64,000 nucleotides of DNA from a virus (Duplodnaviria > Caudoviricetes): the IMG/VR virus record IMGVR_UViG_3300021431_000119, positions 5,093-69,092 of that record. One strand, given 5' to 3'. This document shows, in pieces, positions 57,701-64,000 of the stretch. The position numbers were made by a program, and so were the translations under genes. Each line of letters begins with the position of its first letter. The first letter of the stretch is position 1. Under the pieces are notes generated by a model. The model saw nothing but the letters and a program-made list of their open reading frames with translations, searched no databases and was not told the origin of the DNA.

Positions 57701-58291
57701 CAGATTGAACCCGGAGCAACAGCTACAACATACGACCCCCACACCTCAACCACCCTCCCCATCTCCCTCCGTTCCATTACAGGCTCAACCGTCTACGGCG
57801 GGACACTGGATGCGGCTACGGGATTGCTGACGGTGGATAGGGCGATCGCAACGGAACACATATTCACTGGTAGTGTTAGCTCAGGTTCGACTATGGGACA
57901 TTATGTATCGCAGGATGGCACTGGCGCAAAATATTTAGGGAATGATGGAAGCGAAGCTATTTCCAATATGCTCCCCATAGAAAATAGCTATGGTTGGAAT
58001 GCTCCATATCCTTCCGCACAAGTCGGCGGTGTGGCTGGTCGAATTCGTGTTTACGGTTCGTTCTCAACACTTACTGAGTTCAGAGAGCAATTTGCAGGAT
58101 TGCAAATTTGCTATCCTCTCGCCACTCCCGTCACCTACCAGCTTACCCCGACCGAAGTTAAGACGCTTCTCGGCATCAACCATATCTGGGCCGATGCAGG
58201 GCAGACGGCGGTAACGTATACGGCAGATACGAAGAAATATATTGATGGGCTCATCGCCAATATTCGCAACGCAACGGGGGTGAGTTTCTGA
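54725..58291 (+). CDS. Large modular tail fibre/receptor-binding protein
   Basis: 1188 aa; duplicated blocks KQDL.GYDKPW.GG.GKNLL and EPY.NICPI.G. Confidence 0.8.
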   Translation: MGKRIINVELKNLSSKTLNIGYVGENAHTQVVIDCNEVLWDYPNAVAEMTIQPPTGPVYPCTVTRDENNIVWDVTGSDLVYAGRGQVQLTFTNDGEIVKSAIGSTSVRESLEATGEAPEPLENWMEQAEEKAREMAQEAADAMVEDLSEAKDAAIAAIQAKGEETRASIPDDYSDLSDSVASLKTDLDDTNTEMNRKSDWDSVYKNKEASGNPMEVEDAVASPLKKMVIGLEPKQDLNGYDKPWIGGTGKNLLENTATTQTISGVTLTVNKDGTVVCNGTSTAGISFNVHVDISTLTVGASYILSGCPSGGGASTYKMDIHCSGGYHTDTGNGVTFTYAELASGTEDVRIVIYSGVTCNNLTFKPMLRLSTVTDSTFEPYENICPITGRTGVKATRTGKNLFDKNAEGNVVGMYLSIKTGGLVVSGSGYDTSDFVKVEPGKNYTASGFSVTGATEVCFYDYNKEFIAGSGISSANHTFTAPDGAVYLRFDYKHADLDAVQLELGSTATNYEPYKGKVSEITFPSEAGTVYGGTATVNEDGTGTLVVDKQHIMGKNCIWVKNATYPNTFNGSHTGVLDNENDVTGISSGYVMYESKNVAKYDYGFAHANAGKLIYVKDKDYTDLEDFIAHIADVDFVVGVAKPITYTLTAEQLSTLEGHNLLWTDGDTLDILYRTDKYINNDRQLTYETKAPGIAETVGPADMVTIQDGAEDVPVTKLTVQMEPKQDLHGYDKPWVGGAGKNLLYCQFDGGTVSGVTFVKKYDGTYLLSGTATANIGSLKFVNSTGEFLIPNTSYILSGGNASSKLNIAFDNASISYTDIGNGVQFTTPNSWTNVWVYPIILKDVNTNGMILKPMIRLATELDATYEPYSNICPISGWDKVKVMRCGKNLFDPKTAKMIKIAADGTERYGVEYDDLPVGEYTISVTLLKSSTQRSVFYKLYDGTAYGDAVRVSHSAAGHATMTITQSVAKAFVYLDVTNDDLGKQTLAIDLAVQIEPGATATTYDPHTSTTLPISLRSITGSTVYGGTLDAATGLLTVDRAIATEHIFTGSVSSGSTMGHYVSQDGTGAKYLGNDGSEAISNMLPIENSYGWNAPYPSAQVGGVAGRIRVYGSFSTLTEFREQFAGLQICYPLATPVTYQLTPTEVKTLLGINHIWADAGQTAVTYTADTKKYIDGLIANIRNATGVSF

Positions 58292-58998
58292 TGGCTGACT
58301 ATCTGGTTACTGGGGAGCAGATGACTGCTATCGCTGACGCTATCCGAGCGAATACGGGAAGCAGTGCCGGAGTCGTGTTTCCAGAAGGGTTTACAAGTAC
58401 GGTATCAGAGATGATGCATTTTAGCCACAGCGACAGGGCTACGATCTGCAAGAAACTAGTAGAATGGTCTGTGGGAAGTATTATACTTAATGATGGTACG
58501 TGCAGGGTGTATGTAAATGACACTGACATGGTGGATGAATACGGAATACCAGCACGAAGCTTTGCGACCGTTGTTGGCTACTATAGTAGCATCATTTACA
58601 GTTACCAAAAGGAGGCCCAAGCTATATACGACGTAAAGCCGGATGGTTTAAGCGCGTATGGATCAACCAAATACACTATCAATGACGAAAGTATTGGCTT
58701 GTATCCGGCCACCAAATACGAGTTAACAATCGAGGCGACCGCACCGGGAAGCATAACAGATAATGAATCTGAAAAAATGCAAAACAACATCAAAGAATAC
58801 GTTGCGGCATTGGGTATCGGAGAGGACGCTGTGTGCGCAGATATCTTAGCGGCTTGCAATAATGGAATCGAACAGGCAAAATACGCAACGGCACTCAAAA
58901 TTAAATACAGATCCAAAACATACACTGACAGATATACCGTGGATTGGAAAGGGTTCTGTGTTGCGGACATCGTAGCCATCGCCAAAAGTGCACTTTAA
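58291..58998 (+). CDS. Hypothetical tail-associated protein
   Basis: MTAIADAIRA.TG...FPEGF start; AT-rich. Confidence 0.6.
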   Translation: MADYLVTGEQMTAIADAIRANTGSSAGVVFPEGFTSTVSEMMHFSHSDRATICKKLVEWSVGSIILNDGTCRVYVNDTDMVDEYGIPARSFATVVGYYSSIIYSYQKEAQAIYDVKPDGLSAYGSTKYTINDESIGLYPATKYELTIEATAPGSITDNESEKMQNNIKEYVAALGIGEDAVCADILAACNNGIEQAKYATALKIKYRSKTYTDRYTVDWKGFCVADIVAIAKSAL

Positions 58999-59118
58999 TG
59001 AAGTTGGAGGTGGGCACGTGGTGCAGTTTATTGTCGGTTTCTTTGTAGGGGCGCTGGTGGCTGTGTTCATTATGTGCCTTGCCTTTGCGGCGGCGGACGA
59101 GCGAAGGGGGAATGATGA

Positions 59119-59931
59119 ATGATTAAAGCAAGTGAGATGATTCGGGCGGCTCCCAAATATATGGGAACGCCTTATTCGAAGCTGGATTGCCAAGCGTTTG
59201 TTGAAGCGTGTTTGAAGGATGCAGGAAACAGCACGAACCTTGCCGGGAGCAATGCATGGTATCGGGAGTGCATGAAACACGGCTGGGTCGGGACGCCGGA
59301 GGAATGCATCAAAAAGCATGGCGTGATTCCGAAGGGCGTGTTCCTGTTCATCCTGAAGCCGAGCGGAAACGAGCCGGAACGCTACAAGGGGGATGGCATC
59401 GGGAACGCAAGCCACATTGGTCTGTACACCTGTGAAACAGGAAAAGAAATGGTCGAGCAGGCCAAGACGGACGGAATTGCGGACGCGGAGCGGTACAACT
59501 TCGGAAGCGGTGCGATGCATTCCAGCTCATCCCGTGGATGCGTGTGCACCAGCAAGTTCGCGGGGAAGACGATCAACGGCGGGTGGAACCGCATCGGGAT
59601 ATGGGACCAGATTGACTACGGAATGAATGAAGAAGGGGGCGAGACCGTGCAGGTTACGTATACGGCGGAAGTGATTGACGGGGCGCTTAACCTCAGGAAG
59701 AGCAAATCAACCAACGCGGAGCGGATCGCCCAGATCCCTGAAGGGGCAACCGTGTTGGTAACCGAGGAGGACGGAGACTGGAGCAGGGTGACCTATCGGG
59801 GTATGGAAGGGTACGTGATGAACAAATACCTGAAAGAGATACAGGTTGCGCCGGAAACTGTCGCGGTTCCAAAGGCGGAACTTGAGAAGATATATGACAT
59901 CATCGGAGACTGGCTTGGATTGAGGGGGTGA
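59119..59931 (+). CDS. Endolysin, NlpC/P60-like catalytic domain plus SH3b
   Basis: YMGTPYSKLDCQAFV, SHIGLY, LNLRK..ST.A...AQIP.G..V. Confidence 0.82.
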   Translation: MIKASEMIRAAPKYMGTPYSKLDCQAFVEACLKDAGNSTNLAGSNAWYRECMKHGWVGTPEECIKKHGVIPKGVFLFILKPSGNEPERYKGDGIGNASHIGLYTCETGKEMVEQAKTDGIADAERYNFGSGAMHSSSSRGCVCTSKFAGKTINGGWNRIGIWDQIDYGMNEEGGETVQVTYTAEVIDGALNLRKSKSTNAERIAQIPEGATVLVTEEDGDWSRVTYRGMEGYVMNKYLKEIQVAPETVAVPKAELEKIYDIIGDWLGLRG

Positions 59932-60254
59932 TTCCATTGGACAAGCTGACGGGAACGGAGATTAACGGATTCTGGGTCGTGGTGCTGGCTGTGTTCGCTT
60001 TCATTGTATTGCTGAACAACGTGATTAAGGCCATCCGGGAATGGAGGCAGCCACAGGACGACCTGGAGCAATGGAGGCGCGACGTGGACACGAAGTTGAG
60101 AAACGACAACGAACGGCTGAAGAGCATGGAGGACGGGAACAAGGTGATCTGTCGCGGCATACTGGCTTTGCTGAGTCACGAGATCAACGGGAACTCATCT
60201 GAAAAGCTGAAGGCCAGCCAGACGGAAATCACGAACTACCTGATAGACCGCTAA
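59928..60254 (+). CDS. Holin-like single-TM protein
   Basis: One N-terminal TM segment followed by coiled coil. Confidence 0.6.
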   Translation: MIPLDKLTGTEINGFWVVVLAVFAFIVLLNNVIKAIREWRQPQDDLEQWRRDVDTKLRNDNERLKSMEDGNKVICRGILALLSHEINGNSSEKLKASQTEITNYLIDR

Positions 60255-60356
60255 AGCTGGCGTTTCAGGCTCGTTCGGTGTTGAGAATGAGCAAATCATC
60301 ATCAGAAAAATGTGAGACTTAAAACGGCAAATAGAGCCGTTAGAAAGGGGATCAAC

Positions 60357-60599
60357 ATGGATTGGAGAAAATGGCTCAAGGCGGCTTGTATCCGGGCTGT
60401 TCGGACGTTTGCAGAAGCGGCTCTGGCGTACATCGGAACGGGGGCTATTGTGCTTGGCGATGTGAATTGGCTTGGTGTGCTTTCCGCTGGCGCATTTGGT
60501 GCGGTGACAGCACTGCTGTTGGCGTTGGCGGGTCTACCTGAGGTAGACGAAAAGCTGGAAGAGCGATATCATCCTCCCGAAGAGAAAGGCGAAGGCTGA
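60357..60599 (+). CDS. r1t-type holin
   Basis: WLKAACIRAVRTFAE...DVNW..VLSA....LLLALAGLPEV. Confidence 0.85.
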   Translation: MDWRKWLKAACIRAVRTFAEAALAYIGTGAIVLGDVNWLGVLSAGAFGAVTALLLALAGLPEVDEKLEERYHPPEEKGEG

Positions 60600-60663
60600 G
60601 GATTGACATGCTGACAGATCGGTGGTAATGTGTGTGAAAAGACACACGGAGGCAACAAAAAAA

Positions 60664-60956
60664 TGAGCGACACGAACGAGATGATGATTCGGGACGAGGA
60701 GACCATCACCTGGGCGCAACACGAGAAGGAGATGACCAGGATGGAGACTGCCAATAAGCGGTGGTTCATCTGCTTCCTTGTGGTGCTGTTCATGCTGTTT
60801 GGCACGAACGTCGGATGGGTGATCTATGAGAGCCAGTTTCAGGACGTGACGGTCACGCAGGAGAGCGGCTCCGCCCCGAACAACTTCATCGGAAATGATG
60901 GAGATATATACAATGGGCAAACAGACAATCAAGATCCGGGTGAAACGGAACGGTAA
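60664..60956 (+). CDS. Single-TM hypothetical protein
   Basis: HEKEMTRMETANKRWFI.. TM ..WVIYESQF. Confidence 0.65.
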
Positions 60957-61057
60957 CGGAAACGGGATGTTCAAGCCCTGCGGCACATGCGGCGGAACCG
61001 GTGTTGTAAGCGGAAGCAACACCGCAAAGACCCGCACGCGAAGGAAGTGAGCGGGCC

Positions 61058-61291
61058 TTGCAGAGAGTCAGGCAAGGTATCAGCTCCAACGATGTGATGT
61101 GGGCCATTGAGCAATGGACAATCGGACGGAACGGAGAAAGAGACCGCATCATCATGCGCATGTACATGGTGGACGGAATCACTTTCGCCAAGATGCAGGA
61201 ACGGCTCGACGAGATGGGGTACGAGCTGAGCATCGACCAGATTAAGAAGATTGTCCGCAGACGGAAGGAAGAACTTTTCAGACATCTATAA
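61058..61291 (+). CDS. Sigma-70 region 4-like HTH protein
   Basis: RDRIIMRMYMVDGITFAKM...LSIDQIKKIV. Confidence 0.6.
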   Translation: MQRVRQGISSNDVMWAIEQWTIGRNGERDRIIMRMYMVDGITFAKMQERLDEMGYELSIDQIKKIVRRRKEELFRHL

Positions 61292-61295
61292 GACA

Positions 61296-61345
61296 GGCAC
61301 GAGCCGGGACGAAAGGTCCCGGCTTTTTTTGTGCCTTTTTTTTGG
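61296..61345 (+). terminator. Intrinsic terminator
   Basis: agccgggac gaaag gtcccggct followed by T runs. Confidence 0.75.
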
Positions 61346-61606
61346 CACGAAAGATACCCGAAAGACCCCCTTGCGGTCACTCGAAGAAATGACTGAAAAC
61401 ATTGAAAATAAAGGCAAAGGAAGGGAGGCACGGAACGATGACAGACGTGAAGTACCGGAAGAACGTGGACAGAATCATGACGGAGACTGGCATCAACGAG
61501 GAAACCGCGATGGCCATGCTGCTTTTGACGGCGACGCTGATGGACCTTTGCCCGTGGGACTCGGAGGCGGCGGACATCGTGATATCCGACTGCAAGAGGA
61601 CAAGGA

Positions 61607-61987
61607 ATGTGGATCTACGCGAATCCGAACCCTGTGCGGGATGACGAGCCGGACTGCGTTGTCCGGGCGCTGTCTATCGTCACTGGGAAAAGCTGGTACG
61701 AGACGCACCGGGAGCTGTGCGAGATGAGCCGGGAGATGGGAACCATGCCGAGCGTGAACTGGCTGTGGGGCCTGTGGCTGAAGCGGCGTGGGTTCCGTGA
61801 GTTTCACCTGCCGGAGAGCTGCCCGGAGTGCGTGACGGTAATGGAATTTTGCAGAAGGTTTCCGGCGGGGACATATGTCATCGGAACCGGGAGCCACGCG
61901 GTGGCCGTGGTGGACGGGGATTATCTGGACGCATGGGACAGCGGGGAGACCGTGCCGACCTATTTCTATGAACGGAGGAAAAGATGA
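61607..61987 (+). CDS. Phage hypothetical protein with papain-like Cys/His motifs
   Basis: DCVVRAL...GSHAVAV.DG...DAWDSG. Confidence 0.7.
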   Translation: MWIYANPNPVRDDEPDCVVRALSIVTGKSWYETHRELCEMSREMGTMPSVNWLWGLWLKRRGFREFHLPESCPECVTVMEFCRRFPAGTYVIGTGSHAVAVVDGDYLDAWDSGETVPTYFYERRKR

Positions 61988-62502
61988 TGGCTTACAACGC
62001 ACCGATGTATCCGACCTACGGGAACATGTACGGGAACAGCTACGGGCCGATGTACCCGCAGACGCAGGGGACGCAGAACTACGGACAGGCGCAGAACAGC
62101 CAGGGGATTATCTGGGTGGACGGCGAGGTGGGCGCGAAGGCGTACCAGATGCCCGCCGGGTGGCCGCAGAACACGCCGCTTCCGCTGTGGGACACGAACG
62201 ACACGATTATCTATCTGAAGAGCGTGAACCAGATGGGCATGCCTAACCCCCTGCAAAAGATTCATTACAAGATGGATGAGCAACAGCCGAAGTACATGGG
62301 GCAGAGCCAGGCGCTGCTGGGGAGCGGAGAGGGCGAGCCTGCGCGGGCGGACATGAGCCAGTACGTCCGGAAGGATGAGATGCGGACGGAGGAGTTTGTG
62401 CGGAAGGAAGACCTGGAGCGGATGAAGCAGGAGCTGATGGACAGCATCCAGGGCATCAGCGCGGCGGCTGCTCCCGCCAGGCGGAACACGAAGGGGGAAT
62501 GA
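61984..62502 (+). CDS. Gln/Tyr/Pro-rich hypothetical protein
   Basis: GIIWVDGE.GAKAY...LWD....IYLKS...GMP. Confidence 0.72.
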   Translation: MMAYNAPMYPTYGNMYGNSYGPMYPQTQGTQNYGQAQNSQGIIWVDGEVGAKAYQMPAGWPQNTPLPLWDTNDTIIYLKSVNQMGMPNPLQKIHYKMDEQQPKYMGQSQALLGSGEGEPARADMSQYVRKDEMRTEEFVRKEDLERMKQELMDSIQGISAAAAPARRNTKGE

Positions 62503-62783
62503 ACATGAACCCGCTGTACAGCATGATGACAGGACAGGCTCAGATGCCCGCTGAGGCGGCTCCGGAGACGAGCGCGGGGAACAGAGCACCCATGGACTGG
62601 AACGCCGCCATGGGGCAACTGAGGGCCAATCCGGCGGCGATGCTGAGACAGGCCGGATATAACGTTCCGGAGGGATGCAAGGACCCGCAGGCGATGGTGA
62701 TGCATCTGATGCGGAGCGGACAGATCGGCGGACCCATGATGCGGATGATCGGGCCGATGCTTCAGAAGATGGGCGTGAGATAA
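62499..62783 (+). CDS. Met/Pro-rich hypothetical protein
   Basis: MNPLY start; DPQAMVMHLMRSGQI. Confidence 0.68.
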   Translation: MNMNPLYSMMTGQAQMPAEAAPETSAGNRAPMDWNAAMGQLRANPAAMLRQAGYNVPEGCKDPQAMVMHLMRSGQIGGPMMRMIGPMLQKMGVR

Positions 62784-63015
62784 AAAGAAGGCCATTCGGG
62801 GCCGGAATGGCGGAATTGAAACGAAAAATGACGGTGTTGAAAAAATTGCATTAATCGGCGCAGACGTGCGCTGAATGCACGGTATTAGTCATTTTAATCA
62901 TTTATTTTGCGGAAAACTCGCAAAATGATGGATTAAACAGTCGAAAAAAAACGATTTCTTTCGTCGAGATGCGCATAGACGATGGAGATAAATATCAACG
63001 AAAGGAATCAAAAAC

Positions 63016-63901
63016 GATGGTAAGCGAGAACAACAATGGCTTCTATATGCCCGTGGCTCCGGCCTATAACGGCTTTGGCGGCAACGGCGGATTCGGATTC
63101 GGCACGGATGGATGGTGGCTGATTCTTCTGCTTCTGGTCTGCGGGAACGGCTTCGGCTTTGGCGGATTCGGCGGCATGGGCGGCATGATGCCCTGGATGA
63201 TGGGAAACGCCGGGATGGACTACCTGTATCCGTGGCTGAACAATAGCGAGCATATCTCCGACGGCTTCCGGGATCAGCAGATTCAGACTTCAATCTCCGG
63301 TCTGCAGAACAGTGTGACTACTGGATTCGGCAATGTACAGCTTGGTCAGGCTGGAATTAACCAGAATATCTGCCAGACTGGCAACGCCATCACCGGCGCG
63401 GTTCGGGATGGATTCTATGCAGCTGAGACTGCCGCAAACGGACGGCAGATTGCCAACATGCAGCAGGATTTCGCCATGCAGACGGCCCTGCAGAATTGCT
63501 GCTGCGAGAACCGCGCTGGCCTGGCCGACCTGAAATATACGGTAGCCACGGAGAACTGCGCTGACCGCACCGCTGCGGCCCAGAATACCCACGACATCAT
63601 CGACGCCCAGACGCGCGGCACCCAGGCTATCCTTGACAAACTTTGCGCTCTGGAACTGGACGGCGTTCGTAACCAGCTTGCGGCGGCGCAGAGGGAGAAT
63701 GTGGGCCTGCAGAACCAGCTGAACATGGCGAACCTGGCCGCTTCTCAGGCGACGCAGACCGGCAACATCCGGGATGCCATCATCGGCGAACTTCGGAGCT
63801 GCCCCATCCCGGCTCAGCCGGTATACGGGAGCACCCCGATTTTTACCTGCAACGGGCAGAACCCTGTCGGATGCGGGTGCGGATGCGGCAACGGATTTTA
63901 A
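63016..63901 (+). CDS. Gly/Asn/Cys-rich hypothetical protein (often loosely labelled spore-coat-like)
   Basis: GGFG repeats, WWLILLLL, QNCCCENR, CPIPAQPVY, GCGCGCG. Confidence 0.78.
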
Positions 63902-64000
63902 TCCGTAAGACTCGCCCGAACACGGGCTGAACTTCTGCGGGGCGGATTGGTTTGCAACCGTCCGCCCCGCATTGATAAAGGAGAAAAAAACAATGGCTTG

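Noticed and set aside
53353-58998. Diversity-generating retroelement acting on tail fibres
   Set aside because: No reverse transcriptase and no TR/VR pair differing only at adenines was seen in the window.

Overview
The whole window looks like part of one temperate siphophage genome from a Bacillota (probably Clostridia) host. It appears to be the excised or free form: an intact attP (3' half of tRNA-Pro(GGG), arm repeats, terminator) sits at about 2.1 kb with phage genes on both sides. Gene order: small mosaic genes (1-2 kb); attP, integrase, ImmA, CI/Cro switch (2-5 kb); early, DNA-modification, recombination and replication genes (5-27 kb); terS; a leftward accessory island (28-33 kb); terL, portal, head and tail genes (35-59 kb); lysis genes; a Gly/Asn/Cys-rich accessory cassette (61-64 kb). 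The strongest signal is at 5.27-7.36 kb: a stand-alone RAMP/Cas7-like gene preceded by arrays of 5-nt repeats (constant triplet plus variable dinucleotide). One array is GGC-NN; the others are ACA-NN, mostly enclosed in four 25-27 bp RNA stems. This is a candidate RNA-guided, VIPR-like system with a non-GGY code and no CRISPR array. Other highlights: three DNA-modification genes each frameshifted by one base at a poly-G tract (one is a dual-frame C5 methyltransferase), three tRNA-like RNAs with large inserts, a dispersed 15-bp operator, and a long structured RNA between terL and portal. All protein family calls come from motif recognition by eye, not database searches.
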